Numbered from the stretch's first letter, positions 9,910-20,657 are shown. The stretch: 64,000 bases of DNA from an uncultured Ectothiorhodospiraceae bacterium (GCA_964342155.1 CAYFEQ010000006.1:2245-66244), one strand, 5' to 3'. Notes: generated by a model not told the origin, from the letters alone. Numbers and translations are program-made.

Positions 9910-9936
9910 GCAGTGCCTCGGTACTGCTTTTTTTTA
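9910..9936 (+). terminator. Rho-independent terminator after the rhodanese gene
   Basis: GCAGTGCC..GGTACTGC hairpin followed by a T8 run; read directly from the sequence. Confidence 0.6.
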
Positions 9937-9938
9937 TT

Positions 9939-12900
9939 ATGAGTAGTTTATTAGCTAAAAAACAACGGGTATCACAATATGGTGGCCTCTACGGGTCATC
10001 ATCCATCTATTATATAAAAAAATTTTTAGCTGAATTCAAAAATATAATAGTGCTTGTAGACAATAATACTGAAATTAACAATTTGTCAAACGAGTTTAAT
10101 GTTTTTAAAAATGATCAAACCAAAATAAGTAAGTTTTTAGACTTGGAGTCATTACCGTATGAAGATGTTATAACAGATGTTGATATAAATGGGGAAAGAT
10201 TAAAAACATTTAATAATTTATTCAAAGCTAATAAAAATATAGTTTTTACAACATATTCAGCAATCATAAAAAGGTTAGTTCCAACAGATGTTTTAGAAAA
10301 TTATTTTATAGAAATTGATAAATCATCTAAATACAACAACATAAGAAAAATACTTAATGAATTTAATTATCATAGATGTGATCATGTTACTACTAAAGGT
10401 GAGTATTCAATACGTGGGCCAATAATTGATATTTTTTCAGCTACTTGTCAAAATCCTATTAGAATAGTTTTTGATGGAGAAAATATTGAAAATATAAAAG
10501 AATTTGATTCAATAAGTCAAAAGTCTTATAAAGAAATTAATGATTTTCTTTTATCAACAACTTCTGAAATTCTTCTTGATGATGATACAGTTAAATTGTA
10601 TAAAAAAAATTGTCATAAATATTTCGAGAAAGATTATATAGAAGATATTGAGTATGACAAAATAACAAATAAGATTAATCATCCAACAATTTTTACTCTT
10701 TTACCACTTTTTTATAACTATACGTCTTCATTTTTTGACCTTTTTGATGGTAATCAAACTGCTATAATAACGACAAAGGATATTAGCGTTCAATTAAAAA
10801 AGATTTCTATAATCTACAAAAAATACTATAAAAAATATTTTGATGAAAAATATCTTCTTGATCCAAAAAAACTGATTCTAGAACGTGTCGAATATGAAAA
10901 ATTATTGTCAAAATTTTATACTATTGAGTTATCAACCTATAAATTAGATAATAAAATTAATTCATTTAATCTGAATACAAAAAAACTTCCTTCATTAATC
11001 GTCAATAATACTTTTAACGACCCCTATAAATATTTTAAAACATTTATCACAAATACTATCTATAAATCACTTATTTGTATAAGAAGAAAAAGTTTATACA
11101 ATGAAATTAAAAATATTCTCAATAGTTTACAATTGAAATTTATTGAAATTGACTATTTTGATGACTTTATTAAATCTAAATCAAGTATATCATTAACAAA
11201 ACTTCCCGTTGACACTGGTTTTATAGATAATAATGATAAAATTGCAATAATTTCAGATAAAGATATTTTTGGGTCAAGATCATTAAGTAAGCCTGAATCT
11301 CAAACAAAAAAAAATATTATAGATGAATATATCAATGATATTGCATCATTAGAAATAGATTCTCCTATCGTTCATGATAATTATGGTGTTGGTAGGTATA
11401 AGGGTTTAATGAATATGGATGTAGAGGGAATACAAACTGAATTAGTAAAAATTGAATATGCAGATAGTGATATTTTATACATACCTGTAACATCTATTAA
11501 TCTCATCAAAAAATATGCTGGTTACACAGGAATAAATATACCTTTGCACCGACTTGGAACTAATCAATGGATTAAAATTAAAAATAGAGCTAAGAAAAAA
11601 ATTAATGATATAGCGGTTGAGCTACTAGAAATACAATCAAGGCGTTATGCAAACAAGGGTTTTAAATTTAATATTGATTATAATGAATACAAACAGTTTT
11701 GCGAGAAATTCCCATTTGTTGAAACTGAAGATCAATTAAAAGCAATAAATGATGTTATTGAATCAATGTCATTAGAAAACCCAATGGATAGGCTTATATG
11801 TGGTGATGTAGGTTTTGGGAAAACTGAAATAATAATGCGAGCAGGATATATTGCATCTCTGAATGATAAGAAGACAGTTATCTTAGCTCCTACTACAATT
11901 CTCGTTGAACAACATTATAAATCTTTTTTAAAAAGATTTGAAGATACTCCGATAATTATTAAAAAATACTCTAGATTACAAACTCCTGCACAAAGAAAAA
12001 AAATTTTTGATGCATTTAATTCTAATAAGATAGATATTTTGATAGGTACACATGCAATATTATCAAATTCTAGTAAATATCAAAATATTGGGCTTCTCGT
12101 GATTGATGAAGAACATAAGTTTGGAGTTATAGCAAAAGAAAAATTAAAAAAATTAAAAGGAAATGTAGATGTAATTACACTTACAGCTACACCAATACCA
12201 AGAACATTGAATTCTGCATTAGCAAAAATTAAAGATTTGAGTGTAATTGAAACACCTCCAAAAAATCGAAAATCTATCTCTACTCTAATTACAGAATGGG
12301 ATATAGATGTAATTTCTGATGCAATACAAAGAGAAATACAAAGAGGAGGTCAAATATATTTTGTAAATGACCAAATAAAAACAATGGATTTGCAAATAGA
12401 AAGGCTTCATGAGATTGATAAAAATTTACGAATTGGCATTATACATGGTCAATTATCAAATAAAGAAATAGAAACTCAAATGAATTCATTTCTAAATAAT
12501 AAAATTGATCTATTAATGTGCACAAGTATTATTGAGAGCGGATTAGATATACAAAATGTAAATACAATTATAATAAATAATGCGAATAAATTTGGATTAT
12601 CGCAATTACATCAGATAAGAGGGAGAGTTGGAAGAACTAATAGACAAGCTTACGCATATTTGATTGTGGATAGTAAAAAATTAACAACTAAAGATGCTGC
12701 CAAACGGCTTGAAGCATTTGACTCTGTAGATAGTCTTGGTGGTGGACTAGAATTAGCTACACATGATTTAGAAATACGTGGTGCTGGAGAATTACTTGGT
12801 GAAGAACAGAGCGGTCAAATATATGAAGTTGGATATGCAATGTTTACTGATATGTTGAAGAAAAGTATAGATTTTCTCAAAACAGGCCATTACATGGATG

Positions 12901-13340
12901 AAAATATTGACTTTGAAATCGACGTAAATATTTCAGCTTTGATTCCTCAGGAATATATAAATGATATTTTTACACGATTAACTTACTATAAAAAAATTTC
13001 AACTCAAAAAAATATTGAAGAATTGAAAGAAATAAAAAATGAGTTAATAGATAGGTTTGGTTTAATTCCAGATAATTTAGAAAATTTATTTATTATAACA
13101 CAACTGAAAATACAGCTAGCTAAATTTAATTTAAATTATCTTAAACTATCTGATACTTTTATAAGGATTAAATATAGAAGTCATAAAGATATAGATATAA
13201 ATAAAATTGTAAGTAAGTATAAAGGGAATGAAAAAATTAAAATCTTAAAGGATGGTTCAATTCAATATAATCAAGAATTTAACGACTTAATGGATCAATG
13301 TAAATTTATAAAAGATTTTGTTACAAACCTTAATCAATAA
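9939..13340 (+). CDS. mfd: Transcription-repair coupling factor
   Basis: 1133 aa; a UvrB-homology N-terminus, a CarD/RNAP-interacting domain (YGVGRYKG), DEAD/DEAH helicase motifs (GDVGFGKTE, DEEH) and a TRG domain. Confidence 0.9.
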   Translation: MSSLLAKKQRVSQYGGLYGSSSIYYIKKFLAEFKNIIVLVDNNTEINNLSNEFNVFKNDQTKISKFLDLESLPYEDVITDVDINGERLKTFNNLFKANKNIVFTTYSAIIKRLVPTDVLENYFIEIDKSSKYNNIRKILNEFNYHRCDHVTTKGEYSIRGPIIDIFSATCQNPIRIVFDGENIENIKEFDSISQKSYKEINDFLLSTTSEILLDDDTVKLYKKNCHKYFEKDYIEDIEYDKITNKINHPTIFTLLPLFYNYTSSFFDLFDGNQTAIITTKDISVQLKKISIIYKKYYKKYFDEKYLLDPKKLILERVEYEKLLSKFYTIELSTYKLDNKINSFNLNTKKLPSLIVNNTFNDPYKYFKTFITNTIYKSLICIRRKSLYNEIKNILNSLQLKFIEIDYFDDFIKSKSSISLTKLPVDTGFIDNNDKIAIISDKDIFGSRSLSKPESQTKKNIIDEYINDIASLEIDSPIVHDNYGVGRYKGLMNMDVEGIQTELVKIEYADSDILYIPVTSINLIKKYAGYTGINIPLHRLGTNQWIKIKNRAKKKINDIAVELLEIQSRRYANKGFKFNIDYNEYKQFCEKFPFVETEDQLKAINDVIESMSLENPMDRLICGDVGFGKTEIIMRAGYIASLNDKKTVILAPTTILVEQHYKSFLKRFEDTPIIIKKYSRLQTPAQRKKIFDAFNSNKIDILIGTHAILSNSSKYQNIGLLVIDEEHKFGVIAKEKLKKLKGNVDVITLTATPIPRTLNSALAKIKDLSVIETPPKNRKSISTLITEWDIDVISDAIQREIQRGGQIYFVNDQIKTMDLQIERLHEIDKNLRIGIIHGQLSNKEIETQMNSFLNNKIDLLMCTSIIESGLDIQNVNTIIINNANKFGLSQLHQIRGRVGRTNRQAYAYLIVDSKKLTTKDAAKRLEAFDSVDSLGGGLELATHDLEIRGAGELLGEEQSGQIYEVGYAMFTDMLKKSIDFLKTGHYMDENIDFEIDVNISALIPQEYINDIFTRLTYYKKISTQKNIEELKEIKNELIDRFGLIPDNLENLFIITQLKIQLAKFNLNYLKLSDTFIRIKYRSHKDIDINKIVSKYKGNEKIKILKDGSIQYNQEFNDLMDQCKFIKDFVTNLNQ

Positions 13341-13344
13341 ATAT

Positions 13345-14424
13345 TTATTTTTTTTGATCTGAAGTCCAATCTATAGTAGTTGTTGGATATGCTATTGCAG
13401 CACTGTTTTTACTTACAATCTCTGAAATTTTATATAATACGCTTTCTTTAATACTTAAAAATTCTCTCCACTCTTTAGTTATAGTAAATGCATAGATAAA
13501 AAAATCACAAGATGAAGGAGAAAAGCTTTTAAAATAAACAACTGGTTGATGTGTTTGATCAATGTTTTCATGACCAGCTAAATAATCTCTCACTTCGTCA
13601 ACAATCTTTGGAATCTTATCTATGTCATCATAACGAAGTCCTATAACCTCATTAATTCTTCTATTGGTCATTCTTGTAGCATTTTCTACAATAATATTAG
13701 AAAAAGCAGAATTGGGTACATATAGAACATTTTTAGAGAAAGTTCTCACCACTGTAAGTCTCCAACCGATTCTCTCAACAATTCCTTCAATATTCCGATC
13801 AGGTGATTTAATAAATTCACCTACTCGGAAAGGTCTATCAAAGAAAATCATTAGCCCACCAAAAAAATTCGATAATAAATCTTTTGCAGCTAAACCTACG
13901 ACTAATCCACCTACTCCTCCAAAAGCAAGGATTCCTGAAACACTTATTCCAAAATCTTGCATGATAACAAGGATTGTTATTATTATAATAACAGCTTTAA
14001 CAATTCTAAGAGTTATTTCATATGTCTGTCTTATTATTTTTGGATCGTCATCCGAATCAAGGTTATCTAAATATATCTCCTCTTTCTGATAATTATTAGC
14101 TATCCTAATTAATGTCCATGCAAAGATTAGGATTATAAATAAGTGAAATAACTTTTTGAGTGGTATAAATAAGGTAATTTGATAATGTTCATGAAAGATA
14201 TCTGTTATAAGGATAAATGAAACTAAAATAATTAAAAAGCTCAAAGGTGATTTTAAGGATTCAATAATAATATCGTCAACTCTAGTTTTTGTTTTTGATG
14301 AAATCCCTGACAACATATATAATATTTGATTTTTTAAAAAAAGAAAAAGAAATGCAAATATAATAATTGCTGTTATTTGAATTGATATTTCAGTACTAGT
14401 TATTAGTGTAATTAATTCATTCAT
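13345..14424 (-). CDS. Small-conductance mechanosensitive channel family protein
   Basis: 359 aa; an N-terminal multi-TM region then an MscS pore helix with a Gly/Ala-rich stretch (GGVGGLVVGLAAKD..FGG) and a beta domain. Confidence 0.8.
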   Translation of the reverse strand: MNELITLITSTEISIQITAIIIFAFLFLFLKNQILYMLSGISSKTKTRVDDIIIESLKSPLSFLIILVSFILITDIFHEHYQITLFIPLKKLFHLFIILIFAWTLIRIANNYQKEEIYLDNLDSDDDPKIIRQTYEITLRIVKAVIIIITILVIMQDFGISVSGILAFGGVGGLVVGLAAKDLLSNFFGGLMIFFDRPFRVGEFIKSPDRNIEGIVERIGWRLTVVRTFSKNVLYVPNSAFSNIIVENATRMTNRRINEVIGLRYDDIDKIPKIVDEVRDYLAGHENIDQTHQPVVYFKSFSPSSCDFFIYAFTITKEWREFLSIKESVLYKISEIVSKNSAAIAYPTTTIDWTSDQKK

Positions 14425-15457
14425 TCTGTTTAATAAAATTTAAAGCTTCATTATAGTATTCTTCATTTAAATCCTGCTTTATATAATCATCCATTACATA
14501 TAAATCATTACAAAATTCTTTGCAGTAATCAATCAATTCATCAGTAAGATAATGCTTTTTATAGTATTCGTATGATTTCTTTGATGATACAATATTTTTC
14601 TTCATATTCGTAGTTGCTATAACCATTTTACATCCAGCATCTAATGCATTCATTACTTTTTTAGTCTGAGTTTCTTCGTTGAATGCAGCTTTCATTTCTA
14701 TATCATCACTTATAAAAAAAACATTTTCATTTGAAAATATTTCTTGCGATATTTTATTTAACCATACCTTAGAGTATGTCACAATTTCATTATCAATTTT
14801 AGGAAATTTAAGATGGCTCGTCATGATTGGTATAGGTATATTTTTATAAAGCTTAATAAATGGCAATAAGTCTTTTTTAAGTAAATCATCTAAAGTTAAA
14901 TCTGATATACAAGTATCGGTATGACTATCATCTTGTGTAACACCATGCCCGGGGAAATGTTTTAGAACAGGAATTACACCAGCTTGCAGACAACCATCTA
15001 TATAGCTTTTAGCTAGCTTTATGATTATTTCTGGATCTGATCCAAAACACCTGTCTTTAAGTAAGTATTGTTTATTATCTAAAAAATATTGGTTTAAATC
15101 CACAACAGGTGAAAAGTTGATATCTATACCTATACATCTCAATTCATATGCAGATATATAACCGCTATATGTGCTAAGTTTTTCTGAATTTTGTTTTCCA
15201 ATAGTTTCAAAACTTGGGAGTTTAGTAAACCCATCCTTAAACCTTTGTACTCTCCCGCCTTCATGATCTACAGAAATAAAAATTTCATTTTTTATATCTT
15301 TAATTTCTTTAATTAGATTTTTAATTTGTTTATTATCCTTAAAGTTATGCGAAAATAGGATTATTGAGCCGATTAAATCATTCTCGATAAGTTTAGCTTC
15401 TTCCATAGACAGTTTTATGTCATCTATATTTATAATTAAAGGACCAGTGATTTTCAT
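14417..15457 (-). CDS. nagZ: Beta-N-acetylhexosaminidase (GH3, peptidoglycan recycling)
   Basis: 346 aa with the KHFPGHG motif and a GH3 N-terminal domain. Confidence 0.8.
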   Translation of the reverse strand: MKITGPLIINIDDIKLSMEEAKLIENDLIGSIILFSHNFKDNKQIKNLIKEIKDIKNEIFISVDHEGGRVQRFKDGFTKLPSFETIGKQNSEKLSTYSGYISAYELRCIGIDINFSPVVDLNQYFLDNKQYLLKDRCFGSDPEIIIKLAKSYIDGCLQAGVIPVLKHFPGHGVTQDDSHTDTCISDLTLDDLLKKDLLPFIKLYKNIPIPIMTSHLKFPKIDNEIVTYSKVWLNKISQEIFSNENVFFISDDIEMKAAFNEETQTKKVMNALDAGCKMVIATTNMKKNIVSSKKSYEYYKKHYLTDELIDYCKEFCNDLYVMDDYIKQDLNEEYYNEALNFIKQNE

Positions 15458-15933
15458 GAATTCTTTTGTAATAAAGAAACAATACTATAACATGTAAGGC
15501 CAAGGTTTTTACCAATAAAGCCTAATTTTTCGGATGTACTGGCCTTCAAACTAATATTATTAATATCAGTTTTTAAAACTTCTGAAAGATTTCTAGTTAT
15601 TTCTGCTTTGTATTTAGAAATTTTCGGGCTTTCTAAAATTATAGTTATATCAATATTATTAATGTAAAACCCCATACTTTCAGTTTGTTTAACTGCATGA
15701 TCCATTATGATAGAGCTATCAATATTTTCATTCGATTTATTTGTATCTGGAAAATGTTCACCAATATCACCAATAGCAAGCGCTCCATAAACTGCATCAG
15801 CACAAGCATGATATACAATGTCACCATCAGAATGAGCTACAATTGAATAATCAGATGGTATGTCAATACCTCCCAATCGGATTGATGTGCCTTTTTCTAA
15901 TTCATGAGTGTCAAATCCAAATCCTACTCGCAT
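15454..15933 (-). CDS. ispF: 2-C-methyl-D-erythritol 2,4-cyclodiphosphate synthase
   Basis: MRVGFGFDTHEL, conserved His/Asp zinc ligands, 159 aa. It is downstream of ispD. Confidence 0.9.
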   Translation of the reverse strand: MRVGFGFDTHELEKGTSIRLGGIDIPSDYSIVAHSDGDIVYHACADAVYGALAIGDIGEHFPDTNKSNENIDSSIIMDHAVKQTESMGFYINNIDITIILESPKISKYKAEITRNLSEVLKTDINNISLKASTSEKLGFIGKNLGLTCYSIVSLLQKNS

Positions 15934-15936
15934 AAA

Positions 15937-16617
15937 TTACCTCAATAAGTCTTTTATTACAGCTAAATCATCTTGATAAGTTAATTTGATATTTCTATTA
16001 GAAGAAAAAATAAGACCAACTTTATATGATAAAAGTGACATAGCTTGGATGTCATCATCTATTTTATATTTATTTTCAACAACTTTTTTATACGATGCAA
16101 AGAGTTTCTTAAAATTAAAGATTTGGGGAGTAAAAGATAGCCACAGATTGTTTTTAGTTAGATGGTCAACAACGTTTATTTTCTTATTCACTCGTTTTAA
16201 GGCATGTGTAAGAGGATAACCTAATGCTAATCCTGTTTTAAGGTTATTTGAAGTTTTGATAAGTTTTTTAATTTCTTCATCATTTACACATGGTCTTACT
16301 GAATCATGGATCAAAATATTATCTGGTAATTGAGAACTAGTATTTATATGAGCCAAAGAATTAAATACAGATTTAGATCTAGTTCTTCCACCAATAATTA
16401 TCTTAACTTTAGTAGGCGTGTTTTTAAAAAGATAATTATATTTTTTATTAATCACTAGATAAATATTTCTGATAGATTTTATATTAATTAATTTACTTAG
16501 AGATATTTCAACTGATGATTGATCAATAATTTTAGTAAATTGTTTTGGTAAATCTTTTTTAAATCTTTTACCTGTGCCAGCTGCTAGTATAATTGCATCA
16601 GTTATCTTGATTTTCAT
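15937..16617 (-). CDS. ispD: 2-C-methyl-D-erythritol 4-phosphate cytidylyltransferase
   Basis: N-terminal AIILAAGTGKRF motif, 226 aa, in ftsB-ispD-ispF order. Confidence 0.85.
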   Translation of the reverse strand: MKIKITDAIILAAGTGKRFKKDLPKQFTKIIDQSSVEISLSKLINIKSIRNIYLVINKKYNYLFKNTPTKVKIIIGGRTRSKSVFNSLAHINTSSQLPDNILIHDSVRPCVNDEEIKKLIKTSNNLKTGLALGYPLTHALKRVNKKINVVDHLTKNNLWLSFTPQIFNFKKLFASYKKVVENKYKIDDDIQAMSLLSYKVGLIFSSNRNIKLTYQDDLAVIKDLLR

Positions 16618-16891
16618 TTTTAATTATCTGAAAGAAAATTTCATTACTCTTTATCAGTCCAAACTTCTCTCTTGCATATACCTCTAGATATTCATTATTA
16701 TTTTTAATATTTTTTATTTCTGTCTGTAAACTATTATTTTTAAATTTATACTTCGTTAAATCAGATTGATTTTGTTCTAATTTATCTTTCAGATAGTAAT
16801 AACTTATTAGACTATTTTCACTTAGAAAAAGAGAGTATTGTAATGATAGAAAAATAATAAGAGCTACGGTATAAAATATTTTCATAGCCAT
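16598..16891 (-). CDS. ftsB: Cell division protein FtsB
   Basis: 97 aa; an N-terminal TM helix plus coiled coil, in the conserved position between eno and ispD. Confidence 0.7.
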   Translation of the reverse strand: MAMKIFYTVALIIFLSLQYSLFLSENSLISYYYLKDKLEQNQSDLTKYKFKNNSLQTEIKNIKNNNEYLEVYAREKFGLIKSNEIFFQIIKNENQDN

Positions 16892-18162
16892 TTACCAAAA
16901 ACATCATTGGAATTGTAATTATTCAGCCCTATTGCTTCTTCTATTCTTAACAATTGATTATATTTAGATGTCCGATCTGATCTTGATAAAGATCCAGTTT
17001 TAATTTGTCCTGAAAATGTTGCAACTGATAAATCAGCAATCGTTACATCTTCTGTTTCGCCTGATCTATGTGAAATAATATAATTATAATTATTTTTTCT
17101 TGCTAATTGGATTGTATTTAAAGTTTCAGTAACAGTACCTATTTGATTTAATTTTATCAGAATTGAGTTCGCTATTTTCTGATCTATTCCTTTTTGAAGT
17201 ATTTTTGGGTTGGTTACAAATATATCATCACCAACTAATTGAATTTTTTCACCTAATAATTGAGTAAGTATTCTCCATCCATCCCAATCATCTTCTGCCA
17301 TTCCATCTTCAATACTAATTATGGGAAATTTTTTACATAACTCTTCTAAATGGTTTGATAATTCTGTGCTAGTAAATATCTGGTTAGTTGAATTAAGGTG
17401 ATATTTGCCATTATTATAAAGTTCTGAGCTAGCAACATCTAAGCCTAAATAAATATTTTCCCCAGGAATGTAGCCAGATTGGTCAATTGCTTCTAGAAGT
17501 AAATTGAGTGCTTCTTCATTATTTTTTAGATTTGGTGCAAACCCACCTTCATCGCCTACAGTAGTACTCATATTTTTCTTGTTTAGAATATTCTTTAGCT
17601 TATGAAATGTTTCAACACCGGCTCTCAAAGAATCACTAAAGGTTTCAAAACCAATTGGTAAAATCATAAATTCTTGGAAATCTAAATTATTATTAGCATG
17701 GGCTCCTCCATTAATTATATTCATCATTGGTACGGGTAAAGTATAATTTTGTTGATTAGTAAGTGATTTATATAATGGCTGATTTTTTTCATGCGAATTT
17801 GCATGAGCAAAAGCTAGAGATAAAGCTAATGTTGTATTAGCACCATAATTGCTTTTATTTTCTGTTCCATCATTATCTATAAGAAATTTATCAAAAGTAG
17901 ATTGGTCGTAGTCAAAGTTAGTATCAATAGTATTCGATATTAAAGAATTAATATTATTGACCGCTTTATTGACAGACTTTCCTAAATAGATTTTCGCATC
18001 ATTATCTCTTAATTCTAAAGCTTCAAGTTTTCCAGTAGAAGCTCCTGACGGAGACATACCTCTTCCGCTAATACCTGATTGAAAAGTAATGTCAGCTTCC
18101 ACTGTCGGATTACCTCTTGAATCGATGATTTGTCTAGCACAAATATTTTTTATCTTACTCAA
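16882..18162 (-). CDS. eno: Enolase
   Basis: 426 aa with the enolase signature IKLNQIGTVTET and SHRSGETED. Confidence 0.95.
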   Translation of the reverse strand: MSKIKNICARQIIDSRGNPTVEADITFQSGISGRGMSPSGASTGKLEALELRDNDAKIYLGKSVNKAVNNINSLISNTIDTNFDYDQSTFDKFLIDNDGTENKSNYGANTTLALSLAFAHANSHEKNQPLYKSLTNQQNYTLPVPMMNIINGGAHANNNLDFQEFMILPIGFETFSDSLRAGVETFHKLKNILNKKNMSTTVGDEGGFAPNLKNNEEALNLLLEAIDQSGYIPGENIYLGLDVASSELYNNGKYHLNSTNQIFTSTELSNHLEELCKKFPIISIEDGMAEDDWDGWRILTQLLGEKIQLVGDDIFVTNPKILQKGIDQKIANSILIKLNQIGTVTETLNTIQLARKNNYNYIISHRSGETEDVTIADLSVATFSGQIKTGSLSRSDRTSKYNQLLRIEEAIGLNNYNSNDVFGKWL

Positions 18163-18178
18163 TTTAACAGCCTTGATA

Positions 18179-18988
18179 TTATATAGGTTTTGTTATTTTA
18201 TTAATTTCAACTAATTGATTGATGAGCTTTCCTAAATCATGTAGAGGTAAGGAGTTTTTTCCGTCACTAAGAGCAGTCTCAGGGTTTGGATGTGTTTCTA
18301 TAAACAAAGCATCAATTCCAACAGCCACAGCTGCTTTGGCTAAAATTGAAATAAATTTACTCTCTCCACCCGATTTAATGCCATCTATGCCAGGTTGTTG
18401 TACTGAATGAGATGCATCATAAACTACTGGGCAATTTGTTTCTCTCAAAATCACTAATGACCTCATATCTGAAACCAAATTATTGTAGCCAAATGAAACT
18501 CCTCTCTCGCAAACAAAGATATCATTATTTCCAGTTGATTTTGCTTTTTCAACAACATTAATCATTTCTTTGGGTGATAAAAATTGTCCCTTTTTTATAT
18601 TTACTGGCTTCATTGTTGAAGCAACTTTAGTTATAAAGTTAGTTTGACGACATAAAAAGGCCGGTGTTTGTATAATATCTACAACATCAGCAACTTCATC
18701 AAGCGGCGTATCTTCATGAACATCTGTCAATACAGGGATATTATATGTTGTTCTAACTTTATCTAAAATCTTTAGTCCATTAGTTAAGCCAACTCCTCTT
18801 GGAGACTTTATAGATGATCGGTTTGCTTTATCAAATGATGATTTAAAAATATATGATATTGGTAGTTTTTCCGTAATTTTACAGATTTTTTCAGCTACAC
18901 TCATTACTAATTCCTCGGACTCAATAGCGCAAGGGCCAGAAATTAAGCATAAATCATTAGATTTTCCAATTTTAATATTATTTTTCAT
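18179..18988 (-). CDS. kdsA: 2-dehydro-3-deoxyphosphooctonate aldolase (Kdo-8-P synthase)
   Basis: 269 aa, DAHP-synthase-I-family TIM barrel, in pyrG-kdsA-eno order. Confidence 0.9.
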   Translation of the reverse strand: MKNNIKIGKSNDLCLISGPCAIESEELVMSVAEKICKITEKLPISYIFKSSFDKANRSSIKSPRGVGLTNGLKILDKVRTTYNIPVLTDVHEDTPLDEVADVVDIIQTPAFLCRQTNFITKVASTMKPVNIKKGQFLSPKEMINVVEKAKSTGNNDIFVCERGVSFGYNNLVSDMRSLVILRETNCPVVYDASHSVQQPGIDGIKSGGESKFISILAKAAVAVGIDALFIETHPNPETALSDGKNSLPLHDLGKLINQLVEINKITKPI

Positions 18989-20608
18989 TTAAATTTTATT
19001 GTTAATTGAGGCTTTTATAAAGCCATTAAATAATGGGTGTCCTTTAACTGGCGAAGAGGTAAATTCAGGATGAAATTGACAACCCAAATACCATGGATGG
19101 TTCTTTATTTCTGCTATTTCCATTAAATTATCTTTTTTAGATATTCCCGTGAATACTAATTCTGATCCTTTGAATTTTTCAACATAATTCTTATTGACTT
19201 CATAACGGTGACGATGTCTTTCTATAATAGTTTTTTTATTATACATTTTATAGGCCAAAGATTTATGGGATAAGTTACATGTTTGTGCACCTAATCTCAT
19301 AGTCCCTCCGTAATTAACTTGGTCTGCTAATATTTTTTTACCTTTGTAGTTTTTCCACTCTGTAACAAGTGCTATAACTGGATTAGGTGTATTTTTATGA
19401 AACTCTGTACTATTAGCCTTTGATAAACGTATACAATTTCTTGCATACTCTATTACAGCAATTTGCATTCCTAAACATATACCAAAAAAAGGAATGTTAT
19501 TTAGTCTTGCATATTGAGCAGCTAATATTTTTCCCTCTATTCCTCTATTGCCGAATCCACCTGGAACTATGATTCCATTCATTTTACTTAAGAGTTTGAT
19601 GTTTTTCTTAGTTATTGTTTCAGAATCAATATAATTAACATTAACAATTTTATCGTTAAATACTCCAGCATGGAAAACAGCTTCATTCAAAGATTTATAC
19701 GAGTCAACTAAGTCAATATACTTGCCTATCATTACGATATCAATTTGTTTCTTGCGATTCTTAATTTTTGATTGAAGATCTTTCCACGGTTTTAAATTAA
19801 TTTTCTTTGCTCTAATTTTAAAGTTGTTAATAATATAATCATCAATCCTTTGTTCTTTAAAATTCAACGGAATATTATATATTGAGTCTGTATCTTTAGC
19901 AGAAAAGACTGCATTTTTTGGTACGTTTGTAAATAGAGCGATCTTATTTTTAAGGTTCTGATTTAAATCATTTTTTCCGCGACACAATAACATATCTGGT
20001 TGTATTCCTATTGAACGGAGTTCCTTAACAGAATGTTGTGTCGGCTTTGTTTTTATTTCATTCGTAACATCTATTATAGGTAATAATGTGAGATGAATAA
20101 ATATTGATTTTGAATCCCCTAGTTCAAGGTTTAATTGTCGAATAGCTTCTAGAAAAGGCAAAGATTCAATATCACCTACAGTACCACCTACTTCTACAAA
20201 AGCAATATCAGATTTATGAGCACCTTTGATGATTAGTCTTTTTATTTCATCTGTTATATGTGGTATTACTTGAACAGTGCTACCTAAATAATCCCCTTTT
20301 CTTTCTTTATTGATAACGTTTGAATAAATTCTTCCTGCGGTGACATTACTGTCTTGAGATGTTTTAATTCCAACAAATCTTTCGTAATGACCTAAATCTA
20401 AATCTGTTTCAGCTCCATCCTCAGTTACAAAAACCTCTCCATGTTGAAATGGACTCATTGTGCCAGGGTCAAGGTTTATATAAGGATCTAATTTCTGAAG
20501 TGAGACTTTATAGCCTCGTAATTTAAACAAGGACGCTAGGGAGGCTGCCGCTATGCCTTTTCCAAGAGAAGACACTACGCCACCAGTAATAAAAACGTAT
20601 CTTGTCAT
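18989..20608 (-). CDS. pyrG: CTP synthase
   Basis: 539 aa; the N-terminal synthase domain MTRYVFITGGVVSSLGKG and the C-terminal GATase GICLGMQ. Confidence 0.95.
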   Translation of the reverse strand: MTRYVFITGGVVSSLGKGIAAASLASLFKLRGYKVSLQKLDPYINLDPGTMSPFQHGEVFVTEDGAETDLDLGHYERFVGIKTSQDSNVTAGRIYSNVINKERKGDYLGSTVQVIPHITDEIKRLIIKGAHKSDIAFVEVGGTVGDIESLPFLEAIRQLNLELGDSKSIFIHLTLLPIIDVTNEIKTKPTQHSVKELRSIGIQPDMLLCRGKNDLNQNLKNKIALFTNVPKNAVFSAKDTDSIYNIPLNFKEQRIDDYIINNFKIRAKKINLKPWKDLQSKIKNRKKQIDIVMIGKYIDLVDSYKSLNEAVFHAGVFNDKIVNVNYIDSETITKKNIKLLSKMNGIIVPGGFGNRGIEGKILAAQYARLNNIPFFGICLGMQIAVIEYARNCIRLSKANSTEFHKNTPNPVIALVTEWKNYKGKKILADQVNYGGTMRLGAQTCNLSHKSLAYKMYNKKTIIERHRHRYEVNKNYVEKFKGSELVFTGISKKDNLMEIAEIKNHPWYLGCQFHPEFTSSPVKGHPLFNGFIKASINNKI

Positions 20609-20657
20609 ATATAACTTATCGAATTATAGACGATAATTAGCTGAAAATATAGAGATA

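Noticed and set aside
13336-13350. Possible bidirectional terminator in the 4-bp gap between the convergent mfd and mscS genes
   Set aside because: Only an AT palindrome (AAATATTT) is present with no GC stem. This is insufficient for a terminator call.
13664-14089. 141-aa plus-strand ORF
   Set aside because: It is fully embedded antisense within the mscS-family gene and is low-complexity, with no independent support.
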